Below are positions 30,779-41,159 of a DNA stretch of 64,000 bases, piece after piece (position 1 is the first letter of the stretch; the number at the start of each line of letters is the position of its first letter). Origin of the DNA: an uncultured Gammaproteobacteria bacterium (GTDB lineage: Bacteria > Patescibacteriota > Microgenomatia > UBA10105 > UBA927); the NCBI GenBank assembly GCA_964349125.1, contig CAYGFH010000001.1, positions 708,801 through 772,800 of the forward strand, written 5' to 3'. A program made the position numbers and the translations under genes. The notes beneath the pieces are model-generated. The model was not told where the DNA came from and did no database searches. It saw nothing but the letters and a program-made list of their open reading frames with translations.

Positions 30779-32098
30779 ATGCCCCAGATGCCTTTGAGTC
30801 TAACGCCACGTATACGCTCTATACTTAAAAATACCTCAGCACAAGTTGTCGGGCGTGTCGTTAGCTCATTCTCTACCCTTGTCTTAACCCTGGTGCTCGC
30901 CCGTGTATTTGGATCTATTGGCTATGGCGAATTCGTAAAAATGACCACCTTTATTTCGTTTTTCTATCTAATTGCTGATTTTGGATTTAATGCTATATAC
31001 ATCCAACGCAGTATCGCTAAAAGCGTGGATGACATATCCGAAGACTCCGAGTGGTCAATACTATTAACAATCCGATTAAGTCTAAGCGTCCTTCTGTGTC
31101 TTGTAGCGTTATTCATTATTTCATTGATTCCGGAATCAACCGCCAACGGATATTCAAGGGTGGTTCATATTGGAATAGTGTTACTGCTGCCTACCATTAT
31201 CTTTCAGTCATTGATCACGACGGCAAATGCGGTATTTCAAAAAATACTCCGATATGAATGGTCAGCAATCTCCGTCATAATCGGCTCTGTGGTTTCACTA
31301 TTGGCAATAGGATATCTCACACTGAGTGGTACTCAGACGATCATTGCATTTAGTACCCTTCCCCTTTTGGCCGGCGCTGCCACCACATCTTTTGTATCAC
31401 TTTTACTTCTCAAAAAACCAATAACGCATATAACGCTTACACGCCATATATCTGAATGCATCCCCTTTATCAGATCCACTATTCCTCTCGGTTTAACCCT
31501 TTTATTCAATGTTATTTACTTTCATGTTGATAGTGTAGTTCTAGCATTTTTTCGCCCGACAGCTGAGGTGGGCATATACGGCCTTGCATATAAAGTGTTT
31601 GAACTTATGTTGGTCGTTCCGACGTTTTTTATGAACAGTATGTACCCGTTGTTTGTGCGGACAGCTGCGGAAACAATCAGCGGCACTTCAGAAAAATTTA
31701 CACAGCTCGTGAAATCCTCAGCAAAAGTATTGATCGGAGCATCTGTAGGTATTTCCATTCTATTGTGGCTATTCGCCCCATTGTTTGTGTATATAAAGCC
31801 TGAGTTTGGATCCAGTATCGCAGCGCTTCGTGTCCTTGCGGTCGGTATTCCACTTTTCTTTCTTTCGAGTCTGACTATGTGGATACTCATAGCGCTTAAG
31901 AAGCAAACGGATCTGGTCACAATTTATGGTGTATCGATGATAGCTAATATCGCGCTAAACTTAGTGTTCGTCCCACAATTTGGGTATATGGCTGCGGCGT
32001 GGATCACCATCGCAAGCGAAGCATTTGTCCTGATGGCGAGTACTCTACAGGTGGTGCGGGAACTCAAAAAAAATGACACGTCAAACCATACGAAGTGA
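30779..32098 (+). CDS. oligo/polysaccharide flippase (Wzx/MOP superfamily)
   Basis: 439 aa with about 12 TM helices. Typical polysaccharide-biosynthesis-protein architecture. Confidence 0.75.
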   Translation: MPQMPLSLTPRIRSILKNTSAQVVGRVVSSFSTLVLTLVLARVFGSIGYGEFVKMTTFISFFYLIADFGFNAIYIQRSIAKSVDDISEDSEWSILLTIRLSLSVLLCLVALFIISLIPESTANGYSRVVHIGIVLLLPTIIFQSLITTANAVFQKILRYEWSAISVIIGSVVSLLAIGYLTLSGTQTIIAFSTLPLLAGAATTSFVSLLLLKKPITHITLTRHISECIPFIRSTIPLGLTLLFNVIYFHVDSVVLAFFRPTAEVGIYGLAYKVFELMLVVPTFFMNSMYPLFVRTAAETISGTSEKFTQLVKSSAKVLIGASVGISILLWLFAPLFVYIKPEFGSSIAALRVLAVGIPLFFLSSLTMWILIALKKQTDLVTIYGVSMIANIALNLVFVPQFGYMAAAWITIASEAFVLMASTLQVVRELKKNDTSNHTK

Positions 32099-32144
32099 GT
32101 ATCTTCTCTAGATACACGAGTCAGAATGTTTTATACTACACTCC

Positions 32145-32603
32145 ATGAAATACATCATCCATACAGACGGCGGGTCACGAGGCAATCCTGGAAACGCGGC
32201 TATCGGAGTAGTAATTGAAATTGCACGTGATGGTACATCTGCCTCACATGGTACCCCCTTGCTATCCCCGGTCACCGCATTTGGCAAAACGATCGGAGTG
32301 GCAACCAACAATGTTGCTGAGTACACCGCGGTTATTGAGGCGTTGAAATGGATGCTTGAGAAACTCGAAATTCGAAACTCGAAATTCGAGAAATATCAGA
32401 TATTTTTTTATCTCGATTCAACATTGGTTGTCAATCAACTAAATGGGTTGTTTAAAGTGAAGGACGCAAACATGCGAATGCTCATGATGAAGGTTCGTGA
32501 GTTGGAACAACAAGTCGGTTGTCGCATAACCTATACATATGTTCCTCGTGAACAGAATTCCGACGCAGATTATCAGGTGAACAAAGCGCTCGATAGTGTA
32601 TAG
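32145..32603 (+). CDS. rnhA: ribonuclease HI
   Basis: HTDGGSRGNPG (DxG catalytic Asp), AEYTAVIEAL, LDSTLVVNQ and a C-terminal Asp in DADYQVNKAL. Confidence 0.9.
   Translation: MKYIIHTDGGSRGNPGNAAIGVVIEIARDGTSASHGTPLLSPVTAFGKTIGVATNNVAEYTAVIEALKWMLEKLEIRNSKFEKYQIFFYLDSTLVVNQLNGLFKVKDANMRMLMMKVRELEQQVGCRITYTYVPREQNSDADYQVNKALDSV
32361..32388. repeat. perfect 14-bp tandem duplication (aaactcgaaattcg x2) inside rnhA
   Basis: Seen directly. The unit length is not a multiple of 3, so gain or loss of one copy would shift the rnhA reading frame. Confidence 0.6.
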
Positions 32604-32811
32604 TTCATGTGTTCACTGGAACTTATATGCCAGTAATTGACCGTAATTCTTCAAAATTTTTCATGAACCAACAGCTATAGACAAATAACAGTCAGTGATT
32701 CTAATCCCCTCATGTTGGTTGACGGATATAATCCGTGAGAGTGTGTAAATACTCCAAGTTGTTTTCGGTGTTTCTATTTGCCATAATAGGAAAACGAAAG
32801 CGTGACGACAT

Positions 32812-35418
32812 ATGACCCCTGCCTCCACTCAATCTTTATCTGATGACAGTAACGCATTGCCACTAGCGCGTATTTACGCTGAGGAGGAGTCATTCATTTT
32901 TCCTCTGCGGGAATATCTTGAAGCACATAGTTGTGAGGTGCGGGTAAACCCGCAGCAACCCACAGATGCAATCTACACAATAATCGCAGGTAGCCAGAAT
33001 TTTGTGAAATATATTTTCGCAACACAGGATACCGACTCACTTCGTTGTATAGGTATAGTAGTAACTTTGGACCCAAATGATGGGAATTTTTTTACTGAAA
33101 ATTCCAAAAGAATTGTCGTCGTGGATCCGAGAGTTTTGTCGGCAGATGACGTGGAAAAAATATTTTCCTTTTTTTTCTCAAGTAGCGACCCGATGTTGAA
33201 CATTACGCGAAACATACATGAGCAACCTTCCGTAGTCAGCTTCGCCTCCAATGATGCACTCTCACAGCCTGAATCACCGAAAATTGCAGAGCACAGAGTT
33301 GCTTTGCCACATCCTTCACACCCGCCTTCCGTGCCACCGATTGATACGCCAAGTGTGTTATCTGAAAACGACAGTTTAAGAATTAGCACTATTATGAATG
33401 AAGTATTTTCAGAAACCACGTCCGCCAAAAAAAAGAAACGGAAGCAATTATCATTTGCCAGGATGCGCACTAAAATTTTTTCGCTCGTTGTTTACTCGGT
33501 ATTTTTTTCTGGTATATTTCTATTTCCGATGTTTACCTATTTCGGATCGATTTCCATCGCGAGTATTTTTATGGCAAATGCTGCGAACGCTGCCATACGC
33601 ACTGACACCCAAAAAGCCCAACAGTCACTTGACACATCAGAGCATTGGTTAATTCAGGGAAAAATAATATTTTCAGTTTTTTCCGTACCCCTGCGTGTGA
33701 TAGGCGCGACATCCACAGTGCGAGGACAGGAGCGATTTATCTCCTTATTATTTGATCTTACTCATGGCATGAAAGAAACAATAAAAGTTGCCGAGCAAGG
33801 TAAGAAAGTCGCTACCGTTTTGATTCCGTCGTCGGTGTTATCCGAAGATAAACTTCCTGCATCAACAATTGAATCACTTAATAATTCGGTAACATCATCA
33901 CATAGTACACTTGGGCTTGCACAAGCTGAACTTACGATTCTGCTGAGAGATCAATCATTTCCATTTTCCATTCCTATACTGCATACAAAAGCGTCTGAGC
34001 TGTTAACGAAACTGCAATCTGCAAGAACAGTGTTATCGTATGCGCGTCAATTTTTGACTGTATATCCTAAAATAGCCGGATTTAAAAAACCCCAATCAAT
34101 TCTTATTTTGTTACAAAACAGCAATGAGCTGCGTCCGACAGGGGGATTTATTGGAAGTGTTGCTGTGGCAACTCTTGAAGATGGAGGTCTGGCTGATTTT
34201 GTTATAGAAGATATTTATGCACTAGACGGTCAGTTGAAGGGTCATGTTGATCCACCCAAACCAATCGCCGAATTATTGGGCAATGAACATTGGTATATGA
34301 GAGACAGCAATTGGGATCCGGATTTTAAAGAGAGTGCCGGCCGGGCGTCATGGTTCTATGAGAAAGAAACCGGAAAAACAGTCGATGGAGTCATCGCTAT
34401 AAATATTCCAATTGTCGTAGAGTTGCTAAAGGCAATTGGACCTGTTCAGTTACCTGACTATGGGGACAGAATAACTGCTGAGAATTTTTTCGGGAAATCA
34501 CTGTACTATACACAGCAAAATTTTTTCCCGGGGTCGACACAAAAGCGTGACTTTCTGGGAAGCTTAGTCCGCGCATCGATGACAAAAATAATGACAGACC
34601 GTGATATAGACGGATTTGCTCTCATGAAAACGGTTACACATGGTTTGGAAAGCCGCGATATCCTTGTTCATCTCCAGGATGCTGAACTTCAATCGACTGT
34701 CGAGTATTTTGGGTGGGGTGGGAGAGTATATACAGAACCGCTTTGCAATGGAATTGATAAGAACAGGTGCCTGTCAGATGAGGTGCTTATTTCAGAGGCA
34801 AATGTAAGTGTAAGCAAAGTAAACTACTTTATAACACATAAAGCGATGCGTGAAATTACCCTAACACCAAAAGGAGAGATACAGGAGAGGTTATCTTATA
34901 TGATTGGTAACACCGTTAATACGGCACCAGATCCAAATGAAAAAGGAGTAGGAGGACCCTACCAGACGTATATCCGTTTTTTACTTCCGAAAGACAGCAT
35001 TATTAATACTGTGACACTCGATGGTATTCCAATCCCATCAAGAAGTGCGCTGCAAAGAACGGCGCCGGCTATACCATATATAGAGAATGCTGATGGAGCA
35101 CAGCCCGCAAGAAGCATCGGTGTTGTCCTTCGGATTATGCCGGGAGAAGAAAAGGATCTTCAGATGACATACTCCCGTGGCGTATTGCAACCTCTCGGTA
35201 AAGGTGGGGGATACTTAGACCTTTTATGGTACAAGCATCCTGGTATATCAAACATGCCGCTTCAGACAAAAGTTAAGTACCCATCCTATTGGACCGCATC
35301 CAACGAAGTACTTTCAGGTACGAGGCAGGATGGAGAGTTTATTGCAAAAGAAAGCGAATTCGAGTACAATACGCACATACAGCGCGATACACGGTATCGT
35401 ATTAAATTTATACAATGA
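32812..35418 (+). CDS. DUF4012 domain-containing large membrane-anchored protein
   Basis: N-terminal TMs, then the DUF4012 signature LLQNSNELRPTGGFIGSVAVATLEDGGL...LDGQLKGHVDPPKP. This family is abundant in CPR/Patescibacteria. Confidence 0.75.
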   Translation: MTPASTQSLSDDSNALPLARIYAEEESFIFPLREYLEAHSCEVRVNPQQPTDAIYTIIAGSQNFVKYIFATQDTDSLRCIGIVVTLDPNDGNFFTENSKRIVVVDPRVLSADDVEKIFSFFFSSSDPMLNITRNIHEQPSVVSFASNDALSQPESPKIAEHRVALPHPSHPPSVPPIDTPSVLSENDSLRISTIMNEVFSETTSAKKKKRKQLSFARMRTKIFSLVVYSVFFSGIFLFPMFTYFGSISIASIFMANAANAAIRTDTQKAQQSLDTSEHWLIQGKIIFSVFSVPLRVIGATSTVRGQERFISLLFDLTHGMKETIKVAEQGKKVATVLIPSSVLSEDKLPASTIESLNNSVTSSHSTLGLAQAELTILLRDQSFPFSIPILHTKASELLTKLQSARTVLSYARQFLTVYPKIAGFKKPQSILILLQNSNELRPTGGFIGSVAVATLEDGGLADFVIEDIYALDGQLKGHVDPPKPIAELLGNEHWYMRDSNWDPDFKESAGRASWFYEKETGKTVDGVIAINIPIVVELLKAIGPVQLPDYGDRITAENFFGKSLYYTQQNFFPGSTQKRDFLGSLVRASMTKIMTDRDIDGFALMKTVTHGLESRDILVHLQDAELQSTVEYFGWGGRVYTEPLCNGIDKNRCLSDEVLISEANVSVSKVNYFITHKAMREITLTPKGEIQERLSYMIGNTVNTAPDPNEKGVGGPYQTYIRFLLPKDSIINTVTLDGIPIPSRSALQRTAPAIPYIENADGAQPARSIGVVLRIMPGEEKDLQMTYSRGVLQPLGKGGGYLDLLWYKHPGISNMPLQTKVKYPSYWTASNEVLSGTRQDGEFIAKESEFEYNTHIQRDTRYRIKFIQ

Positions 35419-36101
35419 AAAAACATACATTAAATGTCTCAGTGCGAACCCAAACGGGAAAAACAGTAAAAATGCTTCGAAAGCAGGGTATTTTGCCGGG
35501 AACCGTATATGGCAAGGATATGAAAAGCCTATCCGTGCAGTTTCCCACAGACGCATTTGTCACCTTATATAAGGAAGCTGGAGAAACAGGGTTAGTTGAC
35601 CTTGTGGTAGATGGAAAAGTGCTACCTGTTTTGGTCCATTCCGTACAGGTTCATGCTGTCACTGATTCACTTATTCATGTTGAGTTTCATAAGGTAAACC
35701 TGAAAGAGAAAATTCATGCAAAAGTTTCAATTGATCAAACGGGCGAGAGTCCCGCTTCTGCACAGAAGCTTGGAGTATTGCTTGTTCTTCATGACGCAAT
35801 TGAAGTAGAAGCCCTTCCTACAGATTTGCCGGAGAAAATAACAGTTGACCTTACACGCCTTACCGACGTTGGTAGTGATATTACAGCAGGATCAGTAGAG
35901 TTGCCGAGTGGTGTAACATTGATCTCTGATCCAACTCTTGTACTCGTGAAAATCGGACAGTTAGTCACAAAAGAAGCCGAAGCAGAAGTTGCTGCTGATG
36001 CGGCGCAGGCTGCTGATGCAGCTGCAGTTGTAGAAGAGGCCGCAGCGCAAGATAAGGCTGAAGTAGCCAAAGAGTCTGCAGAAAAATCCTCAGATAAGTA
36101 A
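35415..36101 (+). CDS. rplY: 50S ribosomal protein L25/general stress protein Ctc, with Ala/Glu-rich C-terminal tail
   Basis: The N-terminus LNVSVRTQTGKTVKMLRKQGILPGTVYGK matches L25. The C-terminal 50 aa are a low-complexity AEAEVAADAAQAADAAAVVEEAAAQ stretch. Confidence 0.85.
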   Translation: MKKHTLNVSVRTQTGKTVKMLRKQGILPGTVYGKDMKSLSVQFPTDAFVTLYKEAGETGLVDLVVDGKVLPVLVHSVQVHAVTDSLIHVEFHKVNLKEKIHAKVSIDQTGESPASAQKLGVLLVLHDAIEVEALPTDLPEKITVDLTRLTDVGSDITAGSVELPSGVTLISDPTLVLVKIGQLVTKEAEAEVAADAAQAADAAAVVEEAAAQDKAEVAKESAEKSSDK

Positions 36102-36147
36102 ACCAATCTCCGTGGCCATGCACGACCCTCAAATGATGCGTGTGTAT

Positions 36148-36663
36148 CTAGTGCAGTGGATCCAGTTCCTTTGCTTTTAGGAGTAGTGTTTCAGCAAGTG
36201 TCGTGAGCTTTAACTTCGATGCGTAAAACGCTGCCTGTACGTATGCGTCACGATATTCAGGATGAGTCTCGATAATATGTTGCCAATATTCGAGTTTCTC
36301 CTCATACTGCTCGGGTTCCATCTTCCACGTTTGGATGATGGATGGTATATCCGTCGATGACCCTAATATTGTTGGCGAGTTATTACTGAGTTCTTGTGCT
36401 ATGGCAACCTCCCGTGCTTTCTTTGCGTCATTTGCCGAGTCTTTATAATATTCTGCAAGGATTATATGGCCTTGTGCATCCAGTGGATTTGACAGTATTT
36501 TTCCTGATATCCTGTTGGGACCATAGGGCATAGCCAAGAACACATTCGTGATGTACAGATAGATAAGTGAAAATAGTAATACAGCAAGAATTGAGACGTA
36601 GGAAACCCGTTGCAATATCTTTGCGGTGAATAATCGGGAAATATGCGGTAAACTTAGTGCCAT
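36148..36663 (-). CDS. membrane-anchored TPR-like hypothetical protein
   Basis: One TM (VSYVSILAVLLFSLIYLYI) then helical repeats. Start chosen at the internal Met. The ORF track extends to 36810. Confidence 0.45.
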   Translation of the reverse strand: MALSLPHISRLFTAKILQRVSYVSILAVLLFSLIYLYITNVFLAMPYGPNRISGKILSNPLDAQGHIILAEYYKDSANDAKKAREVAIAQELSNNSPTILGSSTDIPSIIQTWKMEPEQYEEKLEYWQHIIETHPEYRDAYVQAAFYASKLKLTTLAETLLLKAKELDPLH

Positions 36664-36825
36664 TGGGTCTATTGTATGGATTGAACGGAAAAAAAACAAC
36701 TCAATCGAGGTGTACTTCCACGCCAGAGAAGCAGCGGTGTTCGACTCGGCTGATTGCGTGCTTGCGCAGAAGTGTGGTATTCTAGCGACACTTACATATA
36801 ACTGCCACATTTAAAGGAGAACAGT

Positions 36826-37530
36826 ATGCCAAAAATAGGAAAGAAACAACTAAAGAAACAAATAGTGAAAAAATCAAGGGTCGCTCCTGTGCGTCATGAA
36901 GTGTTAGGGGAGACAATGTCAGAATTTGTAGAGCCAGTATCTCCGGATACAAACGCGCCCGCGCCTATGAGGTGGGGGATGCTCATCGTTGGTGTGCTCT
37001 GTATAGTTGGGATTTACGCAGCAAGTAAGGGGTATATCGTCGCTGCCATCGTGAACGGCTCTCCCGTGTTTCGCTGGGACGTGACACGGATGTTGACTGC
37101 TCGATACGGACAACAAACCCTCGAAAGCATTATCAGTGAAAAACTTATTGCAGATACCGCAAAAAAAGAGGGAGTAACCATCACACAACAAGATATTGAT
37201 GCAAAAACAAATGAAGTTGTCAAATCCTTAGGGCCAAATGTGAAGCTTGATGATCTGCTTAAGTATCAGGGGATGAACAAGGCGGACTTTGAGCATCAGA
37301 TCGCATTGCAGTTGACGGTTGAAAAAATACTGGGTAAAGATGTAACAGTCTCCGATGCTGAGTTGGATGAGTTTATTACAGCAAATAAAGACAGTATGCT
37401 GGCAACAGATGAAGCAGCCCTCAAGGGAGAAGCGCGAGAAGCGTTGACATCTCAAAAGATAAATGAAAAAATTCAACCTTGGTTTGCAAAGTTGAAAGAG
37501 AGTGCAAAGATTGTAAAATTGATGAAATAA
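36826..37530 (+). CDS. membrane-anchored SurA-N-terminal-domain-like chaperone-type protein
   Basis: TM segment, then a region resembling the SurA N-terminal chaperone module (ESIISEKLIADTAKKEGVTITQQDID). No PPIase domain. Confidence 0.5.
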   Translation: MPKIGKKQLKKQIVKKSRVAPVRHEVLGETMSEFVEPVSPDTNAPAPMRWGMLIVGVLCIVGIYAASKGYIVAAIVNGSPVFRWDVTRMLTARYGQQTLESIISEKLIADTAKKEGVTITQQDIDAKTNEVVKSLGPNVKLDDLLKYQGMNKADFEHQIALQLTVEKILGKDVTVSDAELDEFITANKDSMLATDEAALKGEAREALTSQKINEKIQPWFAKLKESAKIVKLMK

Positions 37531-37533
37531 CGT

Positions 37534-38283
37534 ATGAAGAACGTGCTCATTGGTATAGCAATTTTGGGTGTTATTGCGGCTGCCACGTGGATAGCCTATA
37601 CGAAGTCAAGAGCAGATTTAGAGGCCGTAAAGGGTGTGGAAACCGAATCTGTAGGTTTACCACTGCCTACAGCAGAGGTTACACCAACAATAGAAACAGT
37701 ACAGAAAGAGGAGGGTCTCATGACAGAACAAAAAAAAGAAGTTAGAAAGCCAAAATCATATTCAGCTGCGCCTGCACTGACTGTGAAATCTGATAGCACA
37801 TATACAGCAATATTCAAAACAAACAAAGGAACGATGACAGTATCTCTGTATGTGAAGGATGCGCCGAACACGGTGAATAATTTTGTATTTCTCGCGCGAG
37901 AAGGATTCTATGATTCCTCTGTGTTTCACCGCATAATCAAGGGATTCATGATTCAGGGTGGTGATCCTAAAGGTGACGGAACGGGTGGACCAGGGTACCG
38001 ATTCGATGATGAGAAGGTAACACGAGAGTATACGAGAGGCACTCTTGCAATGGCAAATGCAGGTCCAAATACAAACGGGAGTCAGTTCTTTGTGATGCAT
38101 GCTGATTATCCGTTGCCGAAAAATTATGTGATTTTTGGCGGCATTGATCCCAAAGATACAACAAGTTTAAAAACGCTTGATGCTATCGCCACAACGCCCA
38201 CCTCTTTTAGTGCGATGGGAGAGCAGTCCAAACCTGTGGAAACAGTAATACTTGAATCAGTCACGATAGAAGAGCGTACATAA
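37534..38283 (+). CDS. peptidyl-prolyl cis-trans isomerase, cyclophilin type, with N-terminal membrane anchor
   Basis: [31 protein letters not shown] and [14 protein letters not shown] are cyclophilin signatures. Confidence 0.9.
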   Translation: MKNVLIGIAILGVIAAATWIAYTKSRADLEAVKGVETESVGLPLPTAEVTPTIETVQKEEGLMTEQKKEVRKPKSYSAAPALTVKSDSTYTAIFKTNKGTMTVSLYVKDAPNTVNNFVFLAREGFYDSSVFHRIIKGFMIQGGDPKGDGTGGPGYRFDDEKVTREYTRGTLAMANAGPNTNGSQFFVMHADYPLPKNYVIFGGIDPKDTTSLKTLDAIATTPTSFSAMGEQSKPVETVILESVTIEERT

Positions 38284-38288
38284 ATACT

Positions 38289-38582
38289 ATGCCATTTTTT
38301 TTAGGAAATGCTCACCAGTGGGTCAGTAGTGCGGGATGGATGGGCTCGTTTATCTGGCCTTGGTTTATCGTCCCAGTTGCTGTATGGTCTGCGTGTGCAA
38401 CAGGGTTTGCCCTTTGGCATGCGGCAAAGCGCAATGAGATTGGTTGGTTTATTTTTTTTCTCTTTGTGCATACTGCAGGAATTCTCGAGATTCTATATCT
38501 GCTGTTTGTTGTCGGTATATTTACCTCGACCAAAGAGAGAAATCCTTCACGTATCATAAAAGCAACACGCCGGAAAAAATAG
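38289..38582 (+). CDS. small 3-TM hypothetical membrane protein
   Basis: 97-aa hydrophobic ORF lying 1 nt upstream of epmA. Confidence 0.4.
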   Translation: MPFFLGNAHQWVSSAGWMGSFIWPWFIVPVAVWSACATGFALWHAAKRNEIGWFIFFLFVHTAGILEILYLLFVVGIFTSTKERNPSRIIKATRRKK

Positions 38583-38583
38583 T

Positions 38584-39624
38584 ATGTCCAATTGGAAGCG
38601 CCTCCACGATGATCCACACTTGTGGGAAAAATACTTTGTCCGTGAAAAAGTTATCAAATCGATTCGCGGTTATTTTGATGCCAATTCGTTCCATGAAATA
38701 GAAACGCCTATTCTGATTGCCAATCCTCCCGCTGAGTCATACGTGGATGTATTTGAAACGACAGTGCTTGATAGAAAACGCAGAAAGTACTCCGCATATT
38801 TATCGACATCCCCTGAGATGGCTCTCAAAAAATTGTTAGTGGCAGGAGTTGGTAACTGCTTTTCCATGACCAAAAGCTTTCGCAATACTGAAATGCAATC
38901 TACAAGACATAATCCCGAGTTTACGATTCTCGAATGGTATCGGGTTGATGTGGACTATACGGCGATTATGGATGACGTTGAACGTATCGTGTTTTCGATT
39001 CAACAGTCCGTGAGTGAAGATCCTGTGATGCATTACCAGGGACATGATATTCATTTAGGGCCACCTTGGGACAGATTAACCATGAAGGAAGCGTTCCTGA
39101 AATACACTAGTATCGATTTTGATGCGTTTCTGAATATGGATACAGCGAGAAAAGTGGCAGCAGAAAAAGGATATGCAGTTACCCCCCAAAACACGTGGGA
39201 AGAATTATATAATCAAATTTTTCTTAATGAAATCGAGCCTAAGCTTGGTTTCGGTAAGCCTGTGTTTCTGTATGAATTCCCATCCAGCATGGCTGCACTG
39301 TCAAAGAAGAAAGAATCAGACCCAAGATATGCCGAGCGGTTTGAATTCTATATCGCCGGACTTGAATTAGGCGACGCATACAGCGAGCTCACGGATTGGG
39401 CAGAGCAGGAGCGTCGTTTTAATGACGAGCTCAAGGAAATAGCCAGATTAGGAAAAACCAGCTATGAATATGATCGTGATTTTATTGAAGCGTTGAAAGT
39501 TGGATTGCCGCAGTGTGCCGGAATTGCAGTCGGAGTTGACCGCCTAGTTATGTTGTTTGCTGATGTTATCAACATAGCCGACACGCTGTTTTTCCCGGCA
39601 TCCGAAATGTTTAAAGTGGAGTAA
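38584..39624 (+). CDS. epmA: EF-P--(R)-beta-lysine ligase EpmA (GenX/PoxA, LysRS class II paralog)
   Basis: ALKKLLVAGVGNCFSMTKSFRNTEMQSTRHNPEFTILEWY and ERFEFYIAGLELGDAYSELTD...DFIEALKVGLPQCAGIAVGVDRLVM align motif-for-motif with E. coli EpmA. Confidence 0.85.
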   Translation: MSNWKRLHDDPHLWEKYFVREKVIKSIRGYFDANSFHEIETPILIANPPAESYVDVFETTVLDRKRRKYSAYLSTSPEMALKKLLVAGVGNCFSMTKSFRNTEMQSTRHNPEFTILEWYRVDVDYTAIMDDVERIVFSIQQSVSEDPVMHYQGHDIHLGPPWDRLTMKEAFLKYTSIDFDAFLNMDTARKVAAEKGYAVTPQNTWEELYNQIFLNEIEPKLGFGKPVFLYEFPSSMAALSKKKESDPRYAERFEFYIAGLELGDAYSELTDWAEQERRFNDELKEIARLGKTSYEYDRDFIEALKVGLPQCAGIAVGVDRLVMLFADVINIADTLFFPASEMFKVE

Positions 39625-39676
39625 GGTGTTTAAACAGAAGTAAACTTATACATCTGACTGATTCCACCGGTGCACT

Positions 39677-40384
39677 ATGGATATCACCACGCTCAACCAC
39701 ATACAGAATTTGATTCAAGCGTCTGAGCACGCTGTAGATATAATTGCGGTTACAAAAACTCGCCCATTCTCCTGTGTGAAAGACGCATACGATGCCGGGG
39801 TGCTCCATATAGGTGAAAACAGGGTAGAGGAGGCGGCTGTCAAAATACAAACAGCAAGTGAACTGGGAATACACGGGCTAGTGTGGCACATGATCGGGCA
39901 TGTGCAATCCCGAAAGGTCAAGCGAGTGGTGGAGTTGTTTGATTGCATTGATTCGGTGGATAGCGTCAGCGTTGCAACTGCGATATCGTTGCACGCAGGT
40001 AAGATTCATAAACACATCTCCATGTTACTTGAAGTAAATATTTCAGGAGAATCCACTAAACAAGGATTTGCGCTATATAACTGGGGACATGACCGTGCGG
40101 TGTTTGGAGCGTTTTTAGAAGATATCAAATACATGCTTGAGCTTCCAAATATCAGTATAGACGGGTTTATGATAATGCCTCCGTATGTCACAGACGCAAC
40201 AGAGAATGCGCCATACTTTCGATCCGTACGAGCTCTTGCCGCACGGATTCGAACGGAAATTCCGTCAGTCGGTGCTGTATTATCCATGGGAACAAGTTGT
40301 GATTACACCAGTGCCATAGTAGAGGGATCAACACAAATTCGACTAGGGGAAACTTTGTTTGGACAGCGAACCTCAACACCATAG
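39677..40384 (+). CDS. YggS-family PLP-binding homeostasis protein (alanine racemase N-terminal fold)
   Basis: IIAVTKTRPFSCVKDAYDAGVLHIGENRVEEA with the conserved Lys in VTKT. Confidence 0.85.
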   Translation: MDITTLNHIQNLIQASEHAVDIIAVTKTRPFSCVKDAYDAGVLHIGENRVEEAAVKIQTASELGIHGLVWHMIGHVQSRKVKRVVELFDCIDSVDSVSVATAISLHAGKIHKHISMLLEVNISGESTKQGFALYNWGHDRAVFGAFLEDIKYMLELPNISIDGFMIMPPYVTDATENAPYFRSVRALAARIRTEIPSVGAVLSMGTSCDYTSAIVEGSTQIRLGETLFGQRTSTP

Positions 40385-40478
40385 TGTAGGTGAAGTATGT
40401 GAGGCCGGGTTCTCTGCCCGCTAGATCTCACCCTGTCTCTTAAATCCCCAATGACTAGTCTTACCGTTTGGTATTTGA

Positions 40479-40507
40479 TTGAAATCAGACGGAATTAACG
40501 ATATAAT
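40479..40507 (+). promoter_or_regulatory. sigma70-like promoter TTGAAA-17-TATAAT upstream of efp
   Basis: Read directly, about 35 nt upstream of the efp ATG. Confidence 0.4.
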
Positions 40508-40541
40508 ATCAGCCATACAGAGGTAGAAAACTTAAACAACT

Positions 40542-41105
40542 ATGGCAAATATAACAACAGCAGACTTCACAAAAGGCATGTTTATAGAATTCAAGGATGA
40601 GCCGCATCAGATTACGGATCTCACATTTGTGAATCCGGGAAAAGGATCTGCCTTCGTACGCACACGGCTAAAGTCGCTTAAGTCGGGTAAGGTGCAGGAA
40701 TTTACGTTCAAATCAGGTGAATCAGCTGTCGAAGTTCCTGTCGCAACTCAGGAAATGCAGTACCTTTATAAAGAAAATGAAAAGTATATATTTATGGATA
40801 ACACATCATATGAGCAATTCGGCATTTCGGAAGACATGCTTGGTAATTATATAAATTACTTAAAGCCAAACGACACGTATCAAATACTGGTAAACGGTGA
40901 TGAGGCAGTTGGCCTGAGATTCCCCAAAAAAGTTCGCCTCATGGTAACGGAAGCTGATGACGGGGCAAAGGGAAATACTGTTGGTGGAGCAACTAAAACT
41001 GTTATTATCGAGACCGGCGCGGTAGTAACGGTCCCAATGTTCATAAAGCAGGGTGAAATTATCGCAATAGATCCTGAAACAGGTGCATATCTCGAGCGAG
41101 GGTAA
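40542..41105 (+). CDS. efp: elongation factor P
   Basis: FVNPGKGSAFVRTRLKSLKSGK retains the modifiable Lys equivalent to E. coli K34. Three-domain length (187 aa). Confidence 0.9.
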   Translation: MANITTADFTKGMFIEFKDEPHQITDLTFVNPGKGSAFVRTRLKSLKSGKVQEFTFKSGESAVEVPVATQEMQYLYKENEKYIFMDNTSYEQFGISEDMLGNYINYLKPNDTYQILVNGDEAVGLRFPKKVRLMVTEADDGAKGNTVGGATKTVIIETGAVVTVPMFIKQGEIIAIDPETGAYLERG

Positions 41106-41159
41106 TGTGCTCCAACAAAACGCTTCTGTATCCCACGTGTAATCTGATACACTGAAATT

